IMG/VR virus record: IMGVR_UViG_3300048848_000052
Span: 1 to 50,645 of that record
Reading direction: 5' to 3' (one strand)
Length of the DNA stretch: 50,645 nt
Source of the DNA: a virus
Lineage: Duplodnaviria; Caudoviricetes
Shown: positions 1 to 9,074 of the stretch, piece after piece
Numbering within the stretch: position 1 is the first letter of the stretch
Layout: each line of letters begins with the position of its first letter
Made by a program: the position numbers and the translations under genes
The notes under the pieces: generated by a model
The model's database searches: none
Told to the model about the DNA's origin: nothing
Seen by the model: only the letters and a program-made list of their open reading frames with translations

Positions 1-755
1 CCGGCCTCGCGGTGATCCTGGTCGGCAGCGATCCTGCCTCTCAGGTTTATGTCTCGCACAAGCGTAAAGACTGTGAAGAGGTTGGCTTCCTCTCTCAAGC
101 CTACGACCTGCCCTCCGACACCACTCAGGACGCTCTGACCGATCTGATCGATCGCCTCAACGACGATCCGGCCATCGACGGCGTTCTCCTGCAGTTGCCT
201 CTGCCCGAACACCTCGACGCGTCCAAGCTGCTGGAACGCATTCGCCCGGACAAAGACGTCGACGGTTTCCATCCGTACAACGTCGGCCGCCTGGCCCAGC
301 GCATCCCGCTGCTGCGCCCCTGCACTCCGAAAGGCATCATGACTTTGCTGGAAAGCACTGGCGCTGATCTTTACGGGATGGACGCGGTAGTCGTGGGCGC
401 CTCCAATATCGTCGGTCGCCCGATGGCCATGGAATTGTTGCTGGCCGGCTGCACCGTCACTGTCACTCACCGCTTCACCAAGGATCTGGCGGGCCACGTC
501 GGCCGCGCTGATCTGGTGGTCGTTGCCGCCGGCAAGCCGGGCCTGGTCAAGGGCGAGTGGATCAAGGAAGGCGCGATCGTGATCGATGTCGGCATCAACC
601 GTCAGGACGACGGCAAACTGGTCGGTGACGTCGTCTACGAAACCGCCCTGCCCCGCGCTGGCTGGATCACGCCGGTACCGGGCGGCGTCGGCCCGATGAC
701 CCGCGCCTGCCTGCTGGAAAACACGCTCTACGCCGCAGAAACCCTGCACGTCTGA
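1..755 (+). CDS. folD: Bifunctional methylenetetrahydrofolate dehydrogenase/cyclohydrolase (5' truncated by window)
   Basis: Motifs YVxxKx[36 protein letters not shown] and [12 protein letters not shown] are diagnostic of FolD. Confidence 0.97.
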   Translation, partial: GLAVILVGSDPASQVYVSHKRKDCEEVGFLSQAYDLPSDTTQDALTDLIDRLNDDPAIDGVLLQLPLPEHLDASKLLERIRPDKDVDGFHPYNVGRLAQRIPLLRPCTPKGIMTLLESTGADLYGMDAVVVGASNIVGRPMAMELLLAGCTVTVTHRFTKDLAGHVGRADLVVVAAGKPGLVKGEWIKEGAIVIDVGINRQDDGKLVGDVVYETALPRAGWITPVPGGVGPMTRACLLENTLYAAETLHV

Positions 756-777
756 TCGAATTTTTCCGCTGCACCAG

Positions 778-801
778 AACCCCGCCTCGTGCGGGGTTTT
801 T
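778..801 (+). terminator. Rho-independent terminator of folD
   Basis: AACCCCGC-CTCGT-GCGGGGTT followed by TTT. Confidence 0.85.
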
Positions 802-905
802 CGTGCCTGAGAAAAAACTTCAACCGTTCGCCGGAAACCGCTCTTTTTACAGGCCTTTTCACGAGATTTTCAGGTCTTACAAACAACCATCGACAGTTCT
901 TCAGC

Positions 906-916
906 CATACTCCTAA
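906..916. repeat. Left att core (CATACTCCTAA)
   Basis: Identical 11-mer at 48644-48654, just downstream of the integrase; flanks diverge on both sides. Confidence 0.85.
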
Positions 917-1021
917 TATTATTTTCGGGTTTTGCTATGGGGTGCTGAGTAGCCAACCCCAATGTTTATTGAGGTTGGCCTACTCTGCGACACCCACTGA
1001 TCTACAGCAAAACGCACACAG

Positions 1022-1045
1022 TGGTACAAAAATTGGTACAGGCTT
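1022..1045. repeat. Integrase arm-type binding sites (tandem TGGTACA), left arm
   Basis: TGGTACAAAAATTGGTACAGGCTT matches 48567-48589 (TGGTACAAAATTGGTACAGGCTT); both lie inside the prophage near the cores. Confidence 0.75.
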
Positions 1046-1136
1046 TTTCCTTCCTCCGGCGTTCTGCCGACCGAAAACCAATCAAAAATCCTACAGCTCG
1101 TCGCCACACCCTCGCCCGCTGGCAGCGCCTCGATTA

Positions 1137-1152
1137 CTGTATATACAAACAG
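1137..1152. promoter_or_regulatory. LexA (SOS) box
   Basis: CTGT-ATATACAA-ACAG matches CTGT-N8-ACAG, 20 bp upstream of the GTG at 1173. Confidence 0.85.
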
Positions 1153-1172
1153 TATTAAAAAGGCACGCCCCC

Positions 1173-1505
1173 GTGGACCCCCTCTATATAGAAGACACCG
1201 ACGATTGGCTCGGTAGCCCAACCCCGCTCGAAACCTGCCGACACCAGCTCAGGATGTACGAGAACGAATTCGAAGCGCTCACTCTGAAGCTCGATCGAGC
1301 GCTGGTGAATATCGAAGGCCTGGTCAGAGACAATGACGCGCTCAGGCAGGAGATGGATTCTCTCAAGACCAAGCTTCAGCACGCCGAAGGGGCTTTGCTG
1401 AGCGAGAGGCGAAAATTCGCCGACGTCGAGCACAACAGAAACCATCTGTTCAATGAAAACCAGCGCCTGCTCAGGGAGCTTCGCAATAGCGAGGAGGAAG
1501 AGTGA
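1173..1505 (+). CDS. SOS-regulated small coiled-coil phage protein
   Basis: GTG start after AAAAGG; MDPLYIEDTDDWLG then a heptad-rich C-terminus. The longer ORF call from 789 crosses the att site and is unlikely. Confidence 0.75.
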   Translation: MDPLYIEDTDDWLGSPTPLETCRHQLRMYENEFEALTLKLDRALVNIEGLVRDNDALRQEMDSLKTKLQHAEGALLSERRKFADVEHNRNHLFNENQRLLRELRNSEEEE

Positions 1506-1517
1506 GCCAGATTCGGG

Positions 1518-1940
1518 CTACGGCACGTCCTTGAAGAAGACGTGGTGCCCGAGCTTCAGCGTCTGCTTGGCCTTTGCCGACCAGGCAGGTGCCTTGATGC
1601 TGGTGGCGTAATAGTGGGTGGCGCCGCCGGTAGGATCCGGAACCTTGCCGTCGATCACCTGGTCAGCAGCAATCCGGCACTGCGCCAGCTCGCGGAACGG
1701 TATCTGTTTCACGCCGATCAGGAACTGATAGTTCGGGTCAGTCTTGTTCCAGCAGCTGAACTGCCATGGCTTCTGGCACACGCCGGCGTAGCCCTCGCCC
1801 CACCACGACTTCTCCTTGCCATCGAACACGCGGTTGCGGATCGTCCAGGCCACGGCGATCTGGCCGGCCGCTCCTTCGCCGCGCGCCTCGCCCCAAATAG
1901 TTCGCGCGAGGATGTCGCGGTCTTTCTCTGTCACAGACAT
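1518..1940 (-). CDS. Endolysin, SleB/Hydrolase_2-family cell wall hydrolase
   Basis: LARTIWGEARGE, VAWTIRNR, QFSCWN, DPTGGATHYY and LGHHVFF motifs; start MSVTEK after GGAGA. Confidence 0.88.
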   Translation of the reverse strand: MSVTEKDRDILARTIWGEARGEGAAGQIAVAWTIRNRVFDGKEKSWWGEGYAGVCQKPWQFSCWNKTDPNYQFLIGVKQIPFRELAQCRIAADQVIDGKVPDPTGGATHYYATSIKAPAWSAKAKQTLKLGHHVFFKDVP

Positions 1941-1955
1941 AACTTTTCTCCAGGC

Positions 1956-1981
1956 AAAAAAATACCCGCTCAATGGCGGGT
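1956..1981 (-). terminator. Intrinsic terminator between the tail fibre module and the endolysin
   Basis: Minus strand ACCCGC-CATTGA-GCGGGT followed by ATTTTTTT. Confidence 0.7.
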
Positions 1982-1997
1982 CGCTTAATAGTGCTGT

Positions 1998-2348
1998 TCA
2001 CGCTGGCACTGTCGGCCAGTTGACGGTTGTGGGGTAACCCGGTTGATCAGGCACTCTGTTGAGCGCAACTATGTATTTCTTCCAGGCGATCAACAGCGCC
2101 GCTTCAGCGTCTGTCGCTTCGCCAATGTCTGCCGCATACTTCAAGGGTGTGATCTCGTAATCAGCAACTGCGCGAAGACTGGCAGCCTCTGCGACAGTTT
2201 CCGCTGTGAGCTGATCGCAGGTCTTCGGCGGCTCGACGAACTCAGAATCATCCATCACGGTTCCGCCATTTGCAGCGGCGTATTCGTAGATATCGATACC
2301 GGGCGCAACAACCTGCTTCAACCCTTCCGGCGTTTTGATGATCAGCAT
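1998..2348 (-). CDS. Tail fibre assembly protein
   Basis: C-terminal AWKKYIVALNRVPDQPGYPTTVNWP is typical of Tfa-family proteins; follows the tail fibre gene. Confidence 0.85.
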   Translation of the reverse strand: MLIIKTPEGLKQVVAPGIDIYEYAAANGGTVMDDSEFVEPPKTCDQLTAETVAEAASLRAVADYEITPLKYAADIGEATDAEAALLIAWKKYIVALNRVPDQPGYPTTVNWPTVPA

Positions 2349-3349
2349 CAGTTTTTACCCCCGACAATTATCACGTTGATTACGGAGAAGTCCCTCGAGC
2401 TACCGCCAGGCACACCAGTCACGATCCTGACCTTGTTCTGCGTTCGCGTGGATCCATTGGAACCGTTTTCGTAGACGATCGCTTGTACTGCGTTGTCATC
2501 GCTCGCCATGCCGACTACTGAAAACGCAGTGTTATCCATAGGAGCAGCGAAATTGATGTCATAGATACCGGTCGTAATTTTAGTGATTGAGGCAACATTG
2601 AAATTGTTGATGATCGTTGGACCAGAGCCGACAAACAGAACCGATGCCGTCACAAGAGCTTGTTTGCTCCCCGTGATCTTTGTAGCCAGCGCAGTCGCTA
2701 AGTCCGCTTGGTCAGTAATTGCTCCCCTGAGCTTTCCCCACGCTAAGCCGTCCGTACGCCCGGTTCCGCCTTGAGCAAGAGTCAAAGCAGTGGTGAGCCC
2801 ACTAATGGAGGTGATGTCGTCGTTCGCCCCCTTCTTCGCTCTGCCGTTGACCTGGGCCTGAAGTTTTCCGAATGCTGCGATGATGGCGTCGGTGGCCACG
2901 ACAGACGAGGCGTCGGAGGTGGAAAGGCCGGTGAGTGGCACGGCTCGCGCGCGCGCATCAGTAAAGTATTTGTTATCGCCCTCAGGCAGGCCGTCCGTGT
3001 CATTCAGGCCCAGCGCTTCACGAACTCCCGGCACCGTTGGGGTGGTTCCCAACACTGCAAGCACTCCACCGAACTGGTTCACGAGCCCGCGAAGTGCGTC
3101 GGCTGAGTCTTTGACATAACCCTGCATCGGGGCGATCGCGTAGCCGCCTGCACCCGCCGAAGCTCCCTGATAGGGGGGCGATATTGATATCGCTGTATCG
3201 CTTGCGATGTTGGTGACTTCATACCAACCTCCGTCAGGACCGCGAAATGCATCACCGACCCGGCTGTTGGCAATGAATGCGGTGCCCGTGCCGATAACGG
3301 CATTGGAATTTTGGGTGACGGACACCGTTCCCGATTTGTACCAGGGCAT
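2348..3349 (-). CDS. Tail fibre protein
   Basis: N-terminal MPWYKSGTVSVTQNSNAVIGTGTAF anchor typical of Pseudomonas phage fibres; GANDDITS and GGTG motifs. Confidence 0.85.
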   Translation of the reverse strand: MPWYKSGTVSVTQNSNAVIGTGTAFIANSRVGDAFRGPDGGWYEVTNIASDTAISISPPYQGASAGAGGYAIAPMQGYVKDSADALRGLVNQFGGVLAVLGTTPTVPGVREALGLNDTDGLPEGDNKYFTDARARAVPLTGLSTSDASSVVATDAIIAAFGKLQAQVNGRAKKGANDDITSISGLTTALTLAQGGTGRTDGLAWGKLRGAITDQADLATALATKITGSKQALVTASVLFVGSGPTIINNFNVASITKITTGIYDINFAAPMDNTAFSVVGMASDDNAVQAIVYENGSNGSTRTQNKVRIVTGVPGGSSRDFSVINVIIVGGKN

Positions 3350-3373
3350 CGTGTATCTCCAGAATTTATGGGT

Positions 3374-4036
3374 TCAGGCCAGCAATTTGGCGCAAAGAAA
3401 TGGGCGATGGCCCTGATCAGTCCAGGCGTTCGAGGCGAGGCTGTACATGAGGATTCTGTTGTTGGCGTAGTCGACGCCAAGCGCGCAACTGCCGCCTGAT
3501 GAGTTGTTGTGACAGGTCATCGTGAACGGATTGATGGAAACGTATTCCCCTGGTCCTAGCGCCTTGTTGATTCCCCAAATGTACCGCTGACTCACGGAGA
3601 GCTGCTCCATGCCAATGTACGTCCAGTTGCCGGCAGCGAACGTAACAACAACCGCTGGGGCGCCGCTGTCGTAGCAAAGAACGCCATTTGGATCCCACAG
3701 GCGCAAGCCATAGGTAGCCGTGCCCATCGAGGCCCAGGCAGCGACGAAATACTGCCCGCTGAGAGACTCGTTCACCTTTGAAGCATTCATCGAGAAGCCG
3801 GTCCAGTTCCCCGGCCCTCCGGTGAACCAGACTGAATACGGAACTTGTATCACTCCCGTTTGATTGGGGCGGATGAATACCAGTGGCGGGTCTTGACTGG
3901 TGACAGCGCGGGGAAATGTTGCCGTCGCATTCGCGACACCGGCATATGACCCTCTTGTCAGCATGCAAAGCCGCGGCGCCTCTGAGTCGATCTGAACAAA
4001 CGAGCTGTCATTGATGCTCTGAAATCCATAGCTCAT
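3374..4036 (-). CDS. Tail-associated structural protein
   Basis: Start MSYGFQSIND with an internal YGLRLWD repeat; lies between the J-like tip and the fibre. Confidence 0.7.
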   Translation of the reverse strand: MSYGFQSINDSSFVQIDSEAPRLCMLTRGSYAGVANATATFPRAVTSQDPPLVFIRPNQTGVIQVPYSVWFTGGPGNWTGFSMNASKVNESLSGQYFVAAWASMGTATYGLRLWDPNGVLCYDSGAPAVVVTFAAGNWTYIGMEQLSVSQRYIWGINKALGPGEYVSINPFTMTCHNNSSGGSCALGVDYANNRILMYSLASNAWTDQGHRPFLCAKLLA

Positions 4037-4386
4037 GGTGCAAACCTTATGGCGTAGGCCTTTGACACCACTTGAGACTGAAGCAGTGTCGTAGCCGATG
4101 GGTTTTTTGGCCGCACCACCACCTGGCCAGGCGCCGTCGTTACATACGGGTAGCATCTCAAGTTGCCCGACGAGTCATTTTCGGAAGGCTGCACGTCCTG
4201 TGCTCTCGTCGGGATGATCATGAAGACGCAATTGGCCGGGTTAAAGCCTGGAATGTTCAGCGTGTAGCTGGGCACGGAGCCACTGAAATCAATCACACCC
4301 TGCCAGATCACCTGGTATGTGGAAGTATTTGTGTCCATAGCGAGCTGGCCGCTCTCATTAAAGACACGCAGGCCAAATAGAGCCAT
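4033..4386 (-). CDS. Tail-associated protein
   Basis: MALFGLRVFNESG start immediately after the J-like gene; coupled to the next gene. Confidence 0.7.
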   Translation of the reverse strand: MALFGLRVFNESGQLAMDTNTSTYQVIWQGVIDFSGSVPSYTLNIPGFNPANCVFMIIPTRAQDVQPSENDSSGNLRCYPYVTTAPGQVVVRPKNPSATTLLQSQVVSKAYAIRFAP

Positions 4387-4389
4387 TGG

Positions 4390-7300
4390 TTACCCCAGAT
4401 AGCCGAGACGAACACGCAAGACATTGTTGGCGTCGTAGACCGAGACGTTCAGTGAGTTGATCACCAAGCGGCCCTGCCCTGGAACGATGCCGTTTATTTC
4501 AAGGGTGCCATCTTTGTTGAGAATCCAGCCTTGCTGGCCGGCAATGTAGTTGGAAGAGCTGATGTAATTTCCGATCTTCGCGTTGGTGATTGATCCGTCC
4601 ATGATGAAGGCAGAATTCATGAAGACCTGACCACCTTGCACCGCAAACGGAACCGATATAGCCCCCCCGGCAATAGTGTTGACGATGGCAAAACGGTCAG
4701 CACTGACCAGGAACTGGCTTTGCAAGCCTGCACCGGTGTTCTCGATACCGAGGCCGACACCTGCTGCAACGTACTGCCCATTCGCCGTTACCTGCATCTT
4801 CACCGACCACATCGTGCTCAGCTTGCCAGCGGTGTCGGCGTAGGCTGTCGAGGTCTGCTGAATAGCTGCCGAGTTTTGGCCAATCGAGACGTTCAGTTGT
4901 TCGAGTTTCGTTGCGGTCGCCGATTCATTTGTTGCGACAACTTCCTCAAGGAGGGTGATATTTGCCGTGTTCTCGCCGACCTTCGCATCAAACGTTCTGA
5001 TGCTTTTGGCCATGCTCTGGTTTTCGCTTGCGCGGACTTTCTCCTCGGTCGCGATGGCTGCAGTGCTTGTCCATCCTTTCAGCGCATCGGTTAATTCACC
5101 TTCACCATCGTCATCACGGAATGAGGCGCGCAAAGCTTGAAACGCTGTGGCCTGCGCGGTGACTTCGCCGTCGAGTTCGATGATCTCGGCGGTGTTGGTC
5201 GCCACCTGCTGGGCAAGACCGTTCGCCGTCTCCACTGTCTGCCCAACGTCGAGCCAGTAGAGCGGATTCGGCGGCGGGGTTTCGATAGGCACCGGGCCGG
5301 TGGCCTGATATATCCGCTTGCCCTGCACCACCAGGTAGTACTCTTCGTAGGTGGCTTCCGGGTCATAGGCCTTTAGGCCTTCGAGCGCGTCGATCTGCGC
5401 CTGCAAGCCTGGGATCTTGTCGATCTCGTCTCGCAGATCCTGACCCAGCTCCGCTTCCGTGATTTGTCCGGCGATCATCTCCAGAATGGCAGCGGCATCC
5501 GAACTGGACTGCCCCTGCACGCCAAGCCCGATCGGATACCACGGCCCGATGTTGCCGATCTTGTCGACGATGCGCCCCCAGAAATAGAAGGTCGCACCCG
5601 CGCGCAGGCCGAGCATTGAGAAATCACTCTGCGGATAAGCCAGGTCTGTCAGCTTGGTTGCCGCTTCCAGTGAGGTCGTCGGGCCGTACCAGATCTCCGT
5701 GCGCTGGCTGTCCTCAGCACCAGCAGGGAAACCCCATTTGAGGTAAATGCCGAACAGCAGCGGCGTCGCGGTCAGGAACGCCAGCGCCGGCGGCAGCCCT
5801 TGCTTGCCGCTGAGGTTGGTCAGGATCGAGTTGCGCCACGGCGACGTGATGTCGAACGCGCTCACGGCGCGAACACGGGCCACATAGGCACCGGCGTAGA
5901 TGCCGACCACGTCCACATTGGTCATGCCGGTGCGCTGCAGCTTGATCCAGTTGCCGCTGTCCTTGCGCCACTCCACGTCATAGCCAACCGCACCATCCAC
6001 GGCAGGCCAACTGATCGTCATGGTGGCCACGGCCAACCCCTGCACAACCGATGAAGTCGACGAAAGCGACACGCTCGCCGGCGCCGGCACAACGGCGATC
6101 GGAATCACGCTGATTGGTCGTTCTTCCAGGCGTGCGCCGGTGTCGATGAAAGCGAACTTGCTCGGCTCGAACTGGAGCGCGCTGATTTCGTAGTCGCCCT
6201 CGGTGGTGCGCTTGGTGCGCAGCACTCGGTACAACGGGATTGCCAGGTCATCGGCATCGAGCGCCCATTGCAACTGCGCCACCGGCGGTTCGCTGTAGGC
6301 AACCGTGACGGTCACGGCGCGGCCGTTGACGCTCTGCACGGTGCGACCTTCGGCGCGGCCACCCGGCAGGTTGATGATTAACCGATCGCCGGCTTTGGCC
6401 TGGGCGTCGCGATCGAGCGTGATAACCCGCCCCGCCACCGTCGAGATACGGCCGCCCACTTCACGACCAGCCAGCAGCGAATCCGCCACTGGGATGATAT
6501 GGCCCGGCAACGGAATCACGCCTTCCATGCCTGTCTTGAACGAGACGGTGCGGTCTTGGTTGTTGCTGAGGATGGCCCACTTGCCACGGCGCTGGGCCTC
6601 CGAGGCGCGGGTGCAACCAATGGCGCTCAGCTCGGTCGGCCGGTCGCCGTAACGGCGTTGCAGATCCAGGTCAGCGAACGGAATGACGTCGGTGTCGTAG
6701 TTGTTCGCCGGGTTGTCGTAGCTCACCAGCGCCCGGGTGTAACGGGTCTTCGCCGAGGCACTGCCATAGGAGAACTTTCCGTCGATCACGTTCGACCGTG
6801 TGAACACATAGTCGAAGTCCTGCGCGCGTGGCATGTCCGCCTGCATCACAAGTTGACCCTGCGCCCAGTACGTCATGCCCCGGTAGATCGCCGAGATATC
6901 GCGCAGCAGCGACCAGGCATCTGCCTTGCCTTGCAAGTTCATGTCGCAAAGGAAGCGCGGTTCCTGGCCGCCCAGTCCGTTCGGCACCAACTGGTCGCAG
7001 TATTGGGCGATGCGGTACAGCTCCCACTTGTCGACCATGAACGGCTTGATGCGCTTGCCCAGGCCGAAGCGGTCTTCGGTGCAGATGCCATAGGTAATCC
7101 ACGCCGGGTTATTGGTCCAGGCCGATTTCATCGAACCGTCCCAGGTCCCCGTGTAGGTGCGCAGGATAGGGTCGTAGTTGCTCGGCACCATCCAGCGCCG
7201 AGCCTTGCACTTCACGGTTACAGCCGGAATGTTGGTGAACTGCTCGGCGTCGAATTCGATGTAGAGCAGCGCGGTGTTCGGGTAGCGCAGCTTGGCGTCA

Positions 7301-7953
7301 ATGACTTCGGTGTAACCGGCCACCAGCATGGTGTCGGCGATCTTGTTGGTGTTCTGGTTCGGCGTCAGGCGGCGCACTCGAATCTGCCAGCCAGTTGTTG
7401 CGTCCGGCAAATCGATGCGGCGCGAGCTCTCGTAGCGCGTGGTTGTTTTGCCTTCGACCGCATCCACCAGCACCTGCTGATAGGAGCCGCCATCGGTGGC
7501 CACGTCGATTGCGTACTCGATCCGGTAGCCGCCGACGTTGCCCTGGTCATCGGAGCGTTGCAGCGCCGGCCAGGCCAAGCGCATGCGCACTGCGGAAAGC
7601 TGGGTATTGGTGATCGATCGAACCCACGGAGAATCGCTGCGCAGCTCAATGTTCAGCGACGTCTCGTTCTCAACGGACGGAATGCCCGGGATGTATGTCT
7701 GATCCACCGAGCCCGGGCGCCAGTCCCACTTCACGTTCGGGAAGTTGTAGTTGCCGCTGGCATCGCGGATCGGCGTGTTGTCTAGGTAGATGTCGTAATC
7801 GGTCGGGACGCTGTCGAACTCACCCTCACCCACGGCGATCAGCAGCTTTGCCAGGTTGGTCGAGCGCAGGCTGTCGCTGGCTTCGGTCGGCGACTTCGGC
7901 TTACTGCTGCCGCCCTTCTCGCCGTAGATATCAATCTGTGCTGCTGCGCCCAT
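4390..7953 (-). CDS. Tail tip / host specificity protein (lambda J-like)
   Basis: 1187 aa; WTNNPAWI, DKWELYRIAQYCD and C-terminal SQFLVSADRFAI...FMNSAFI...ITNAKIG motifs. Confidence 0.93.
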   Translation of the reverse strand: MGAAAQIDIYGEKGGSSKPKSPTEASDSLRSTNLAKLLIAVGEGEFDSVPTDYDIYLDNTPIRDASGNYNFPNVKWDWRPGSVDQTYIPGIPSVENETSLNIELRSDSPWVRSITNTQLSAVRMRLAWPALQRSDDQGNVGGYRIEYAIDVATDGGSYQQVLVDAVEGKTTTRYESSRRIDLPDATTGWQIRVRRLTPNQNTNKIADTMLVAGYTEVIDAKLRYPNTALLYIEFDAEQFTNIPAVTVKCKARRWMVPSNYDPILRTYTGTWDGSMKSAWTNNPAWITYGICTEDRFGLGKRIKPFMVDKWELYRIAQYCDQLVPNGLGGQEPRFLCDMNLQGKADAWSLLRDISAIYRGMTYWAQGQLVMQADMPRAQDFDYVFTRSNVIDGKFSYGSASAKTRYTRALVSYDNPANNYDTDVIPFADLDLQRRYGDRPTELSAIGCTRASEAQRRGKWAILSNNQDRTVSFKTGMEGVIPLPGHIIPVADSLLAGREVGGRISTVAGRVITLDRDAQAKAGDRLIINLPGGRAEGRTVQSVNGRAVTVTVAYSEPPVAQLQWALDADDLAIPLYRVLRTKRTTEGDYEISALQFEPSKFAFIDTGARLEERPISVIPIAVVPAPASVSLSSTSSVVQGLAVATMTISWPAVDGAVGYDVEWRKDSGNWIKLQRTGMTNVDVVGIYAGAYVARVRAVSAFDITSPWRNSILTNLSGKQGLPPALAFLTATPLLFGIYLKWGFPAGAEDSQRTEIWYGPTTSLEAATKLTDLAYPQSDFSMLGLRAGATFYFWGRIVDKIGNIGPWYPIGLGVQGQSSSDAAAILEMIAGQITEAELGQDLRDEIDKIPGLQAQIDALEGLKAYDPEATYEEYYLVVQGKRIYQATGPVPIETPPPNPLYWLDVGQTVETANGLAQQVATNTAEIIELDGEVTAQATAFQALRASFRDDDGEGELTDALKGWTSTAAIATEEKVRASENQSMAKSIRTFDAKVGENTANITLLEEVVATNESATATKLEQLNVSIGQNSAAIQQTSTAYADTAGKLSTMWSVKMQVTANGQYVAAGVGLGIENTGAGLQSQFLVSADRFAIVNTIAGGAISVPFAVQGGQVFMNSAFIMDGSITNAKIGNYISSSNYIAGQQGWILNKDGTLEINGIVPGQGRLVINSLNVSVYDANNVLRVRLGYLG

Positions 7954-7968
7954 GCTTTCCTCCAGGCA

Positions 7969-7993
7969 TAAAAAAACCGCCTCGCGGGCGGTC
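7969..7993 (-). terminator. Intrinsic terminator
   Basis: Minus strand ACCGCCCGCGAGGCGGT followed by a T-run. Confidence 0.65.
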
Positions 7994-8013
7994 GGTGTGC
8001 TGTGCTGTCCTGA

Positions 8014-8604
8014 TTACACTTTGTCTTCAGCCAGGATCGAGGCCGAGATGATCATCCCGCCCCACCGGCGTTCTCCGATGCAGATCGGTACCGGGTTGCC
8101 GCTGGCAGTGGTGTTCTTTGCACTGCCGAAGGCGTAGGACGGGGAGTTTTCTGGGGATGCGCTTTGCTTCAGGCCCTTCGCTTGAGGGCTGAGCATCTGA
8201 ATGACGCCGCCAGCCACCAGCCCAGCACCCAACTGCACGGCCCAAGGCTGACCGAAGTACGAGCCGGCCACGACCAGAACTGCGCCAATGATCGTCTGAA
8301 GCAGGCCTGCTCGTTTGCTCCCGGAAATGACTGGGACGATGCGAATCTCTTGGGTTCCGCCGAGACCGAAATCTTTTTCAGCTACGTTTTTCCGGTTTCT
8401 GAAAATCGCAAAACGCATCCCTTTGCGCTCAAGATTTTTGATAGCGCCTTCGAATCCTTCGATCGTGCACTTCAGCGCTTTGAGCGCCTCGCCCACGGAC
8501 TTGCTGCCAAGCTCTCGGTGATGGACTCGACCAAACAGCTTGATAAGCGGGCCTGAAAGAAGAATGGTTGTCATGGCTGGGTTGTTACTCGCTGTCACTG
8601 CCAC
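8014..8604 (-). CDS. Tail assembly protein (lambda I-like)
   Basis: IRIVPVISGSKRAGLLQTIIGAVL, SYAFG and GNPVPICIGERRWGG motifs. Confidence 0.9.
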   Translation of the reverse strand: MAVTASNNPAMTTILLSGPLIKLFGRVHHRELGSKSVGEALKALKCTIEGFEGAIKNLERKGMRFAIFRNRKNVAEKDFGLGGTQEIRIVPVISGSKRAGLLQTIIGAVLVVAGSYFGQPWAVQLGAGLVAGGVIQMLSPQAKGLKQSASPENSPSYAFGSAKNTTASGNPVPICIGERRWGGMIISASILAEDKV

Positions 8605-8620
8605 GGCTTTCTCCGGTCAT

Positions 8621-8645
8621 AAAAAAACCGCCCGTAGGCGGCTTT
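8621..8645 (-). terminator. Terminator after the inserted lipoprotein gene
   Basis: Minus strand GCCGCCTACGGGCGGT followed by a T-run. Confidence 0.7.
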
Positions 8646-8646
8646 G

Positions 8647-9045
8647 TCACTGCATGGTGGGTGATAAGTCCATGCTCATTGATGAGTCTATGGATATCCT
8701 GAATTTCTTAGTGGCGCCAGCCTTTATGTTGGATTCCCGCTCTTTAAGCCCGCTGCCGCATGACGACGCGCCGACGATATGCTCACCGGCGGGAACGTAG
8801 AACTTTGCGGTTTCGCCAGAGCCAATCTCGGCAGCTTTTCGCCCGTCGATGCTTACGGAAGTATTACAGCCACCACCAACAAAGCCGGAATCACGGGTAA
8901 CGATCAAGACAGCATCGCCTGAAGCTGGCTTCTGATATGCAAAAAGTCTTGATGCGGGCACAGGCTCAGCCTGGGATGACGGTATTGGCGTCGTGGCGCA
9001 ACCGGCCAACATTAGCATGGCGACAACAATAGATATAAACTTCAA
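8647..9045 (-). CDS. Lipoprotein (moron in tail operon)
   Basis: TTG start with GGAGAGG SD; lipobox LAGC; RDSGFVGGGC motif. Confidence 0.8.
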   Translation of the reverse strand: MKFISIVVAMLMLAGCATTPIPSSQAEPVPASRLFAYQKPASGDAVLIVTRDSGFVGGGCNTSVSIDGRKAAEIGSGETAKFYVPAGEHIVGASSCGSGLKERESNIKAGATKKFRISIDSSMSMDLSPTMQ

Positions 9046-9074
9046 AATCCTCTCCTTGAGGCAAGCGCGGACAG

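Noticed and set aside
1022-1045. The ~23-bp TGGTACA repeat as the att core
   Set aside because: The copies differ by an indel, are internally tandem, and the right copy lies within int. This fits arm-type sites, while the outer 11-bp repeat fits the crossover core.
789-1172. N-terminal extension of the 238-aa ORF 789..1505
   Set aside because: It starts inside the folD terminator and crosses the att core and LexA box; the GTG at 1173 has an SD and is the plausible start.
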